Shown here piece after piece: positions 48,841 through 59,579 of a DNA stretch of 64,000 bases (position 1 is the first letter of the stretch; each line of letters begins with the position of its first letter). The notes beneath the pieces are model-generated. The model saw only the letters and a program-made list of their open reading frames with translations, made no database searches and was not told the DNA's origin. The translations under genes were made by a program, and so were the position numbers. Source of the stretch: Schmidtea polychroa (lineage: Eukaryota); NCBI GenBank assembly GCA_044892525.1, contig CM097887.1:23622001-23686000 (forward strand), in the 5' to 3' direction.

Positions 48841-51690
48841 CAGTGATTCCCGTCCCGTGGTAAGCGTACTCCTGGGGGTACGCGAAAAAATATTAGTAAT
48901 GGCAGATGTTAAATATAACTCCCGCCTCAATTTAGTTACAAAGCGGTGGCAAACATTGACAAAAAAAATTGTTTTAGCGCTCACTATTTATTCACAAAAT
49001 ATTTTTCAAAGTTATGTGTGCCCCTCGGAATCGCATGATCACATTACAACGGTTGTGTTAGAATTCAAGTGGACCCAATGTTACAAAGCGTGTCTATTGT
49101 AGTGTGACAAATTTTACTAATTTTACTAATATTACTAATTAATAACAACTTTATTTTCAAACGGTAAGTTTTAACATTATTTTAATTTCAAACTTAAATT
49201 AATTTCTAAATGAATTTAGGATTAAATATGGATCAGTGATTGAAAGCTGATACAATAAAAAACAATAAGCGTACACTAGAAAGTGACGAATTAGTTAGTA
49301 CTTCTCAAGTCACATCAAAAACACAAGTACAAATACAAAACACAGAAAATGTGCCGTCTTCAGTTCTGCAGATAGCTAAAAAGAGGAAATACTGCGACGA
49401 ATATATGAAATATGGATTTTCATATGCAGGAGGTGAAGACAGCCGTAAACCAAAATGTGTAGTATGTGGTGAAGAGCTATCAAATGGCAGTATTTTTTAC
49501 GTCATCTCCAAACAAAACATGCCAATTATTAAAACAAAGAATATGATTTTTTTAAACGCTTAGCAGCTCAAAATTTGAAGATGTCAGTTTGACATTGTAC
49601 ATCCTGCCAGCTAATAAAGATAACGAAAATGCGACTGAAGCTAGTTACCGCATTAGTTACTGTAACAATCATACAATTGCAGAGAATCTAATTCAACCAT
49701 GCATAGAAGATGCTTTTCGGTGTATGCTTGGAGAAGAACATGTGCAAAAAATAAAAAATATTCCTCTTACAATATCTCGAAGAATTTTGGATATGTCTGA
49801 TAATTTTGAGGCAACAGTGATTGATAGAATTAAAAACAATAAGGTTTTCGCTATAAAAGTTGATGAAAGCACGGATGTTGCAAATTTTGCTATTTTGCTT
49901 GTTATTGCGAGGTATTTAAAAGACAATGAAGCCGATGAAAACCTTTTACTTTGTCATGCTCTGTCAGAACACACAACAGGTGGGTATATATTCAAAGCTA
50001 TCGATTATTATTTCCAAGAAAAAGGCATAAATTGGTCTAATTGCTGTGGGTTTTGTACCGATGGTGGCAAGTCTATGTCAGGTATTTATTCCGGTCCGCG
50101 CGGTCGAGTCTTGAAGATTGCTCCCAAAATAAGTTGCTGTTGCATCCACAGGCAAAGTTTGGCATCTAAGTAAAAATAAAAAATATTCCTCTTACAATAT
50201 CTCGAAGAATTTTGGATATGTCTGATAATTTTGAGGCAACAGTGATTGATAGAATTAAAAACAATAAGGTTTTCGCTATAAAAGTTGATGAAAGCACGGA
50301 TGTTGCAAATTTTGCTATTTTGCTTGTTATTGCGAGGTATTTAAAAGACAATGAAGCCGATGAAAACCTTTTACTTTGTCATGCTCTGTCAGAACACACA
50401 ACAGGTGGGTATATATTCAAAGCTATCGATTATTATTTCCAAGAAAAAGGCATAAATTGGTCTAATTGCTGTGGGTTTTGTACCGATGGTGGCAAGTCTA
50501 TGTCAGGTATTTATTCCGGTCCGCGCGGTCGAGTCTTGAAGATTGCTCCCAAAATAAGTTGCTGTTGCATCCACAGGCAAAGTTTGGCATCTAAGTAAAA
50601 ATAAAAAATATTCCTCTTACAATATCTCGAAGAATTTTGGATATGTCTGATAATTTTGAGGCAACAGTGATTGATAGAATTAAAAACAATAAAGTCTTCG
50701 CTATAAAAGTTGATGAAAGCACGGATGTTGCAAATTTTGCTATTTTGCTTGTTATTGCGAGGTATTTAAAAGACAATGAAGCCGATGAAAACCTTTTACT
50801 TTGTCATGCTCTGTCAGAACACACAACAGGTGGGTATATATTCAAAGCTATCGATTATTATTTCCAAGAAAAAGGCATAAATTGGTCTAATTGCTGTGGG
50901 TTTTGTACCGATGGTGGCAAGTCTATGTCAGGTATTTATTCCGGTCCGCGCGGTCGAGTCTTGAAGATTGCTCCCAGAATAAGTTGCTGTTGCATCCACA
51001 GGCAAAGTTTGGCATCTAAGTTCCTTCCAGTGCAAATGAAGCGTATTTATCAGACATTTTCATACGTACAAACAATCTAAATTTAGCACTTCAAAATAAC
51101 TCTATATCGATATTCAATGTCTCGGATAAAATTGAATCAGTGATTAAAAAAATTAATTTTTGGAGAACATGTATTGAAAACTGTCAACCTGAGGTATTTG
51201 AAACTTTGCACAATTTCCTATCAGAACTTTGCCTCTCCAGAGAATTGAGCAACAAATATGAACACTTAAAAGAGCTAAAATCAAATTTCGAGAAGCATTT
51301 TCACAAACCTGATGTAGGAAACAATTGGATTTCAAATCCTCTCAATGACGAATACTTTCGAATAGCTTAATTTTCAATCACTGAAAAAGAGAACTTAATT
51401 GAACTTTCAAATGATTTTACTTTGAAAGTCGAATTTAAAGGAAAATGTCTTATTAACTTTTGGTCAGATATTAGTACCGAATATGAATTACTTTCTGCCA
51501 AAGCGCTTAACGTTTTGTTACCATTTATAAGTACAGTGCTGGTGGAAAGAGCATATATCTCCATATCTCTTTATTAAAAACAAATACAGTAATAAGCTGA
51601 ATGCAGCTAGAGATTTAAGATTATACCTTGCATCAATCGAACCTGACTTCAAAAACTATGCGCCTCAAAGCAATCTCAAGGATCTCACTA
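48841..51690 (+). mobile_element. hAT (Charlie/ZBED5-like) element, degenerate transposase
   Basis: Left end CAGTGATTCCC...GGGGGTACGCG. Motifs KRKYCDEYMKYGF, CVVC, VDESTDVA, CTDGG, CCIHRQ.LA and a hATC region ending QGSH*. Confidence 0.88.
49747..51021 (+). repeat. Tandem triplication, 3 x 425 bp, inside the hAT transposase
   Basis: Units 49747-50171, 50172-50596 and 50597-51021. Copies 1 and 2 look identical; copy 3 differs at about 3 positions. Confidence 0.95.
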
Positions 51691-51899
51691 AATGTAATAA
51701 GTTAAAAGTAATGAAAAATTTTAATGTAAAAAATATTATAGTTTATATTCATGTCGTTTTTTATTATAATATATGTAACTATAAATAATGTTTTACTTTT
51801 CATCAATACACATTCTGAGCATACTCCTTGACACATTAGTGTTCGAACAAGTTTAAAATAATAACAAATACGCGAGTATTAATATTTTAATTTGCTTTT

Positions 51900-52289
51900 C
51901 TAATAAGGGGTACAATTTAGGATAATGAACTTCCAAAAGGTACTCAAGCCAAAACCTCGACCTTTATAAGGATTGAGATATAAGCCCTTACCCTTCTTTT
52001 TCATTGAATCGATTTCAGTTTGTAATTTTTCTTTTTCCAAGTCTGTCTTTTGAGATTCTTTAGCTTTTTGAACTGTAGTTGCAATTCCTCCAGCTATTCC
52101 AGCAGCACCTGATAAACCTGCAATGATTGCAGGTATTAAAGCCATTAGGGGAAGAATCCCTTCAGTCTTCAGTCTTTCTTTAACCTGTTCTTTTACATGT
52201 TTTCCAATAAAATATTTTTTTCCATCAATTACTACTGATTTATTTTTATTTGAATTTATTAATTCTTGTAAAGATTCTTCAGTTGTCAT
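51900..52289 (-). CDS. Polinton-type small protein with amphipathic/hydrophobic helix and GxG motifs
   Basis: From Met 52289: ...EGILPLMALIPAIIAGLSGAAGIAGGIATTVQKAKE...KGKGLYL..KGRGF. Position next to the packaging ATPase fits a virion core or membrane-active protein. Confidence 0.65.
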   Translation of the reverse strand: MTTEESLQELINSNKNKSVVIDGKKYFIGKHVKEQVKERLKTEGILPLMALIPAIIAGLSGAAGIAGGIATTVQKAKESQKTDLEKEKLQTEIDSMKKKGKGLYLNPYKGRGFGLSTFWKFIILNCTPY

Positions 52290-52305
52290 TTTATAATAAA
52301 TAAAA

Positions 52306-53085
52306 ATGGATACTTGGAAACCAATTTTAACTCGGCACAAGAGTAAATTTAATAATAAATTATTTCCTGATAATTTTAGATTATTAATCGTTGGGTCTTC
52401 AGGTTGTGGAAAGAATGTACTTCTTTTGAGAATATTACTAGAAGAAGGGTTTTTAGATTATAATAATTTAATCTTTTATTCTACAACCATAAATCAACCA
52501 GAGTTACAACTTTTGAAATGTGGATTTGAAAATAAATTAACTAAAAAAGCTATAATTGATATTTTTAAAAATCAACATAGATGTCCTGATGAGGTTTTTC
52601 AACCTTGTGATATGATTGATTGGTACAAGGAAAAGATTTTAGAATCAGATAATAATAAAAATGATTACATTTCTGAAAATGAATGGATTAAAGTTTTATT
52701 CTCTAAGAAACCTGAAGATGTTTTACATTGTGATTTACTTCCTAAAGATGTAAAGAATCTAGTTATATTTGATGATGTTGTCAATATGAAAAACCAAGAA
52801 ATTCAAAAGAGTTACTTTACACGAGTTCGACATAATAATTGTAATGTTATTTATATATCTCAAACTTATTATGCTTTAGATAAAAACTCTATAAGAAATA
52901 ATTCTAATTGTTTTATATTTTTTAAGTTAGAAAAGCGTGATAAGAATATGATTTATAGTGATTTATTTTCAAATGTTGAACCTGATAAGCAAATATTTGA
53001 TATGTTTGTAGATAATCATTGGAAAGAAAAATATAATTATATTTATTTGGATAGAGAAGGTGAAATATGGAAATGTTTATTTTAG
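52306..53085 (+). CDS. A32/FtsK-like DNA packaging ATPase
   Basis: RLLIVGSSGCGKN (Walker A, N in place of T/S), LVIFDD (Walker B), RHNNCNVIYISQ, IRNN. Confidence 0.9.
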   Translation: MDTWKPILTRHKSKFNNKLFPDNFRLLIVGSSGCGKNVLLLRILLEEGFLDYNNLIFYSTTINQPELQLLKCGFENKLTKKAIIDIFKNQHRCPDEVFQPCDMIDWYKEKILESDNNKNDYISENEWIKVLFSKKPEDVLHCDLLPKDVKNLVIFDDVVNMKNQEIQKSYFTRVRHNNCNVIYISQTYYALDKNSIRNNSNCFIFFKLEKRDKNMIYSDLFSNVEPDKQIFDMFVDNHWKEKYNYIYLDREGEIWKCLF

Positions 53086-53096
53086 AGCTTGTCGAC

Positions 53097-55972
53097 TTAG
53101 AAATCTGTTTTCTGTAGTTCATTATTATAAAATCTACCTAATATTTTTTCATTATTTTCATCGATGATACCATATGTTATTGGAATTGTATAATGTATTT
53201 TATTTATAATAAAAATTTCATTTGTCCATTTTGCTGTGAATCCTTTTTTAAATTTATTTTTATATTTAAATATTCTTACTCGATCACCAATTTTAAACTT
53301 TGGTTTTTCATTTACCACTTTAACGGTTTCAGGATTTATAAGTTTTAAAGGATTCAAGGAAGCATTTAAAGGTGTTGATTTTATAGAACTATGTACATCA
53401 TTATTATATTCATTTACAATCTTTTGTAACAATTCATTGTTCCATTTTTGTTTTCCAATAGCAGTAAAATATTTCCACATTTTATTTTTTTATGTTCTAT
53501 TTAATCTTTCAACTACGACTGCTTTTCCTTCGTTTTCTGTTGAATATACTGCCCGACAATATTTTTAGCACAGTAAGAAATTTCGTTACAAAATCATGAA
53601 TAATGTAATAAATGAAATAAATTTTGTATGATTGTAATTAATATAGTAATACTTTTAATAATTATCACTACTTAGACATATATTATTTTTTGTTTAAATA
53701 ATATTTGAATTCTTAGGTTTTTTAAAAATTAAAATACGACACAATTTTTAGCACACTTTATTTATACACACTAATACTTAACAATTATACAAATTTCCGT
53801 GATTACTCAGAACTTTACACAGTCTCAATCTTATTGATGCATAGAAATCCAAAATTTTATGTCGCCTGGTACAGTTGATAAGAGATATGACATCCGTAAT
53901 TTTTTTTCTAAAACAGCTATGTTTAAGAACTGCGGTCCGTCATAAACCATATCTGAAATCATCTTCCAGACATCCTCAACTATGTTCAAGTCTGGACTTC
54001 GTGACGGCCATGTAATCGTTGATATCTTACTTGATTTCAGATAATCTTGGACAATCCGTGCTTTGTGTACTGTGCAATTGTCTTGCTGGAAGTAAAAATT
54101 CCTCTTTAGGTTAACTTTCATTATTGGCACAGCAAAGGTCTTCAACAGGGTAATGTAATCGGTCGACTTAAATTTGCCAGTTATCATGTGGAAAGATAGA
54201 AGTCCGTTAGGAAGGATCATCAGCCAGACCATAATTCCACCTCCATGACATTGCCGAATATTACGCACATATTTTGATGTTTTCGGAATATATGTCATCC
54301 AACAATCTGGTCCATCAAGTGTGAACCTTTTTTCGTCTGAGAATATAGTATTCTCCCAAATGTGATTGGTCGAAATCCATTCTGTTATCACTTTCATTCT
54401 TTCTTCCTTGTGTTTCTTAGATAGGATGATTTCGTGATAACTTTTTGCGTATTTCATACCAACAAGCTGCATATACCTTTGTACTGTCCTTGTTGATACA
54501 GCTAGCCCACAATTTCTCTTGATCTTGGGCGAATTAACTTTTTCCTGTGCTCTCGTTATCCGTGCAGTTTCTCTTTTGATGGATAACGCGTCTGCTTTAC
54601 TTATTTTTCTTCTGTTTCCACGTTTGCGTTTATGTAACACATATTTGTAGGTGACTAAATTCTTAACAGCATATCTAGACATGCCCAAAATGGTGCCAAT
54701 TGCACCATAACTGTTACCTTCCTGTTTCATCTTTATAGCAACTTCTTTAAATCTGGAGATCTCATAATCAATTCTAAAATTATTATAAACATTAAAATCA
54801 TATAAAGTAGTATAAAAAAATAGGTTAAAATTATTAATACTTAAAAATCTTTAAAGTGTGCTAAAAATTGTGTCGTATTTTAATTTTTAAAAAACCTAAG
54901 AATTCAAATATTATTTAAACAAAAAATAATATATGTCTAAGTAGTGATAATTATTAAAAGTATTACTATATTAATTACAATCATACAAAATTTATTTCAT
55001 TTATTACATTATTCATGATTTTGTAACGAAATTTCTTACTGTGCTAAAAATAGTGTCGGGCAGTATATAATTTAATATCATTTTCATTTAAAAACTTTGT
55101 AAAAACTTTGTTATAAAATTCTGTTCCTTTATCACACCATAAATATTTTGGAATTCTTTGATGTTCTTCAAATATATTTCCAAATGCTTCTGTAATTGAA
55201 TATCCTGTTTTGCTTTCTAAACATCTTGCAAAAGCAAATCTTGTATATAAATCTATTACTGTTAAAATTATTTTATATCTTTCAGGGTCTGATGATTTGG
55301 TTGGCATAAAGACTAAATCAGCAGACCAAGTATGATTTTTTTCATGTACTTGAACTTTTAAATATTTTTTCTAAATTCATGGTGTAATTCATTGGCATAT
55401 TTTATTTGTGATTCTGTTGGGAATAATAAACTAGTCTTGGATGCACTCTCGAGTTGATTCTCAATATCTGCTTGTTGAATAATCTTTTTGTTGGCAACAT
55501 CTTTTGCTATTCTAGGGTGTCCAGCTCCAAAGAAGATCTTACCTTTCATTGCTAATTTAACTAGAGCTCTTTGAATCTTTTCTTGGATTGATGGGTTTTC
55601 TATATTATTTAAATCATGTATTAAATTAACATCTGCAAGGTGTCTATCCCTAAGGTCTTCAGAATTGTAAGCAATATCATGTTTTAAAGCTGCTTGATCA
55701 ATTCTATTCACTGGTTCTTCTCCAGGTTTGGGATTATTATTTTCATCTAATCTAAGGTCTAGACGTGTTCCAGGTCCAGTAAAATTGTGATGGAATAAAT
55801 GTCTTTCACCTGGATATTTTTCAGTAGTAAAGGGTTTTAATATTGAATATGTTGTTTTTGAAGATTGTAAGTCTCCTCCCAATCGAGATGTATGTTTTTT
55901 AGTTTTAACATGACTTGCTTTATGATGTTTTCTAACTTGACAATTACAAATTTCACATTTCCAATAAGACAT
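53097..55972 (-). pseudogene. Polinton integrase, probably with N-terminal C2H2 finger and PLA2X domains; disrupted
   Basis: 55972-55358 encodes a ZnF (CEIC..H..H) and FTGPGTRL...DQAALKHDIAY. A 1 nt shift at ~55365 joins NELHHEFRK to KVQVHEKNHTWSADLVFMP...VIDLYTRFAF...WCDKGTEF. After Tc1 removal: IKLYSTENEGKAVVVERLNRT*KNKMWKYF...KFKIGDRVRI...NELQK. Stop at 53490-53492. Confidence 0.88.
53547..55065 (-). mobile_element. Young Tc1 (DD34E) element with 214 bp IR/DR-type TIRs and TA TSD
   Basis: TIRs 53547-53760 and 54852-55065 differ at one visible base, each with CGACA..TTTTTAGCACA repeats at both ends. TA at 53545-53546 and 55066-55067. Transposase FSDEKRF...QDN-(34 aa)-E; one frameshift in a T-run near 53900. 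Confidence 0.96.
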
Positions 55973-55988
55973 TTTTAAAAGTTAAAAA

Positions 55989-57441
55989 CTATGAATCTCC
56001 TCGTCCATTCTCAATAATTGAAATCTTTCTGCCATATAACTTCATTTCTATTTTCTTTTCTTCTAATATTAATGTATATACTTTAGCTTTAAAATTAGAA
56101 TCCTTTGTTATATGAAGTGTAACATCAACATTATTTATAGCTAGACGATCATCTTGATCTGAAACATTTATACAAAATATAGAATATAAATTTTTGAAAT
56201 CTTCTAAACTTAATTGTGGTTCAACTTTGAAATCATAACATGTTTCAATATAATTTAGATATGGGAATATGTTTTCATTATTTTCAATATTAAATTCTAT
56301 TCTATTTATTGGATAATAAGAACTATTTAATTGAATTTGTAATGATTTTAAATTATCATCTCCAATCTTTTGAATAAACAAGTTGTTATTTTTTTGGAAA
56401 GATGAATCTGTTTCTTTGAATCCAATTAAGATATATCTTGGTCGGTATGCTAAATTTGCTACCTTTATAGAATATGTTGAACCCTCTGTCATACTAAATT
56501 CACTACAGACTCTATTTAAATAATTTACATTTATAGATTTGTTGGAATTTAATCTTTCAAGGAGTTTGATTTCAGATTGAGGATTGAAAGTCCATTCAGG
56601 TATATGTAATTCAAGTGTTGATAATTTTAATTTAGCTTTTGTATCTACACCTCCATAGAACAGTGGTTCTCAAACTTTTTTGATCACGACCCAAATTTTT
56701 GACATTTCATGCCAAAAATTTTATTGCGACCCACATGACAAAGATTAAATAAATTTAAAAGGCTTAAACTTCCAAAATTTATATTTGTAGATCTTTCCAT
56801 AAGTCATCGCGACCCATAGTTTGAGAAACACTGCCATAGAACAATCTTTTATCACCTTCTATTCTATTACAGGTTAATTCTATAAAAACATTATGAAGTA
56901 TACGGTTATAGTTTTGAAGGAATCCAAATAAGTGTTTTAATTCAAAATAACCTTCAAATTTTTTAGATTTATAAAGTTCAACTCTTTTATAGTATCCAAA
57001 ATTTACATCTAAACCATCTTTATCTAAATCCCGTTTATTAACATCAGGAATCCAACCTGTTAATTCACCATATTCATTTTCATAATCACAACCAGTTAAA
57101 ATAAAATTTAACATTGTAGAATATACTCCTGGATGTAAAACAGTTTCAATTTCTGATGATCCTAGTTTTAATCTCATGTTACTGAATAAGTTTGGAAAGA
57201 AATTGTTTTCCAAGGTTATATTTTTATTAGCTTCAATTTCTAATTCAATTTTGTAATATAATTTTGCATTACAAACATCTATAGGATTTGATGTTTGAAG
57301 AGATTGAAAAACTATATCACCTCTACGATTTAAGTTTGCAATAGATCCCGAGGTTGGAGAGATTTTTAAAATATCAATTTTTTTTATTTCATGCATAAAT
57401 TCTTTATTGTAATCAAGATTTAATTTATTTTTATTAGTCAT
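55989..57441 (-). pseudogene. Polinton/adintovirus major capsid protein (double jelly-roll type), interrupted by a MITE
   Basis: Removing the 173 bp MITE plus one 8 bp TSD gives an uninterrupted 1272 nt ORF (423 aa) with LENNFFPNLFS, LKHLFGF, PRYILIGF, LSLEDFKNLYSIFCINVS. Context next to ATPase and integrase supports the call. Confidence 0.8.
56661..56833. mobile_element. hAT MITE, copy 1
   Basis: CAGTGGTTCTCAAA...TTTGAGAAACACTG; perfect TSD CCATAGAA. Confidence 0.97.
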
Positions 57442-57545
57442 TTTTTATATTACTAAATTAGCAATTGCGCAGCTTGCTAGTTTTTAAGATTTAAAATTTT
57501 TAGAATTTTATAAATATAAAATTTTAAAAAATGACAAAAATCCGA

Positions 57546-57612
57546 ACCCTAATAGCGCAGTGGGAATAGACTGGCACAGTGGTTCAAATGGATAGTGGTT
57601 CAAATCCCAACT
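57546..57612 (+). other. tRNA-derived (SINE-head-like) sequence 1
   Basis: A box TAGCGCAGTGG 57553-57563; B box GGTTCAAATCCC 57597-57608, with a duplicated GTGGTTCAAAT. Confidence 0.45.
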
Positions 57613-58309
57613 GACATTATTTTTTTCAACATAAAATAATATTAAAAATTTGAATATAATTTTTGAAAATAGTGTGGGTATCTTAGGAAATACATCTTGT
57701 ATATTTTATTTTTTTATTAATTAATTAATTTTTAAACATATGAAAAAAAAATTATTGAAACGGGTGTGGTGGCGAACCGGTAATTATCGCCACCAGTCTT
57801 TCGAACACCACCCGGATCGATCCCATAATGTGCATATTTATTTCTTGGTTGTTTTCGGACCTCTTTCGGATTCGCTTTCGAATTCATTTGTACTTTCGAG
57901 CAGCACGCTTAAAACCGAGAAGCTGCTATTATCGAATTGATTCTGATGTATGAGTCTGGCCAGCTTGTATAATGGAAGAGATTTGATAAACGAAAGAGGT
58001 TGAAATGATCCGGATAAAAAAAACTGTTGAGAGGACAGTGAAAAAAAACAAAATATACCACTGTCCTCTCAGAGCAGTTTTACTATTTCATAAATTTTTT
58101 TATTCTTCAAGGCATCAAGATTAAGATTTTTAAAATAAATAAATAATGGTCCAAAAAAATTAAATTACAGTACACAGGATGGCAAAAATAAGGGACAAGA
58201 CTTCTAAAACAATTAAGGAGACTTTTAAAACGCGCAAAAAACCACTTCGGATGGTCAATTCGAAAATTTACACACACACACAATAGGATTAATTAAATAT
58301 ATTATGTAA

Positions 58310-58383
58310 GCCATTATAGCGGAGTGGGAATAGGCTTCAATTTTATCACCGGGAGTACCGGGTTCAATTTTCGATTTTGGTCA
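58310..58383 (+). other. tRNA-derived (Asp/Gly-like) pseudogene or SINE head 2
   Basis: TAGCGGAGTGG 58317-58327; TCACCGGGAGTACCGGGTTCAATT resembles the Asp/Gly tRNA 3' half. Stems are imperfect. Confidence 0.45.
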
Positions 58384-58529
58384 ATTTTTTTCGATATTTT
58401 TTTTTCAACGGAATCTGATTCAGCGTACTGATTTTAGTATATATTTAAATTTTCAGATGGATCTGAGTGGTAGTTGTCGAGAAAATGAATAATTAATTAT
58501 TAATTTCATCAATAAATAGTCACACATTA

Positions 58530-59128
58530 ACAACTTATTTTATATTGACCATTTAAAATTACTTATAGAAGACTTAGAAGAGAGGTTTTCAGACTTAAAA
58601 GAAATTATCTTCCCAAATTGGATAACACAGCCGATGCTTATAGATTTGGCAGAATTCGAAAATTTCAAAGATTCAAAGAGATTCAAAACGATGAATCAAT
58701 AAAAAATCTGTTTGGTTTGAAAGGGATAATGGCATGGCTTAGCGATGAGATGAATAAAAAATATCCAATGTCAACATCTTATGCAAGAAAACTATTATTA
58801 CCATTTCCCACTACCTATTTATCTGAATGTGGATTTAGTGTAATTAATGATTTACTTATCAAGAAGAGAAATCGTTTAGATATCATCGAAAGAGGAGATC
58901 TAAGGCTTAAACTTACCAACTTCGAACCTAATATTAAATCACTCTGCAGTAACCATCAGAGTCAATCGTCTCATTGAATAAAAAAATTAATCTTTATCTA
59001 TCAATTACGTATATCAATAAAAATAGTTGGAAATTTTTTAAAAACTGTAAAATGTTTTGCATAGGGGGGACAAAAGAAAAAAAAATTCAGCTAGGGGGAC
59101 ATGAGCTAAAAAAGGTTGGGAAACACTG
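58530..59128 (+). mobile_element. hAT (Charlie-like) 3' fragment with right TIR
   Basis: LLLPFPTTYLSECGFS..L.IKKRNRL..GDLRLKLT..EP; terminus GGTTGGGAAACACTG at 59128. Confidence 0.85.
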
Positions 59129-59579
59129 ATCTAAAGTCAAATATATATAAGAAAATATAAGAAAAATAATGTTAAATAAAATTTAATATAAAGTAAAATA
59201 ATTTTATTGAAAGATCAGAACATCATTTTTACTGTAAATTTGAATAGACAACTAATTCGCAAATTTCTTTTACAGCATTAAACTTTTGCATTAAAAGTTG
59301 AATGCAGACAATTATTTGTACTATTTTTACACACTAACAAAAATTTATATTAGCAGGATTTTCAAAATTTACTATTTAAATAATTTCATTTTCATTATTT
59401 ATTTAGTTCAGAATGCTATAAAAAATATTTAAGAAGTGGGATACCTTGATCGAGAGAAACTAATCACTTTCAAATCAAAATCCAAAACTATTTCCCATAA
59501 CAAAAATTGTTTTAAAAATGTAATATTTATGGTACGCGTAAATTAGAAATTATTGATGCAAATCATTTAAATGTAACAT

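Noticed and set aside
49747-51021. CRISPR-like array (also the minisatellites at 2144 and 8144)
   Set aside because: Repeats are contiguous with no unique spacers; eukaryotic context; no cas genes.
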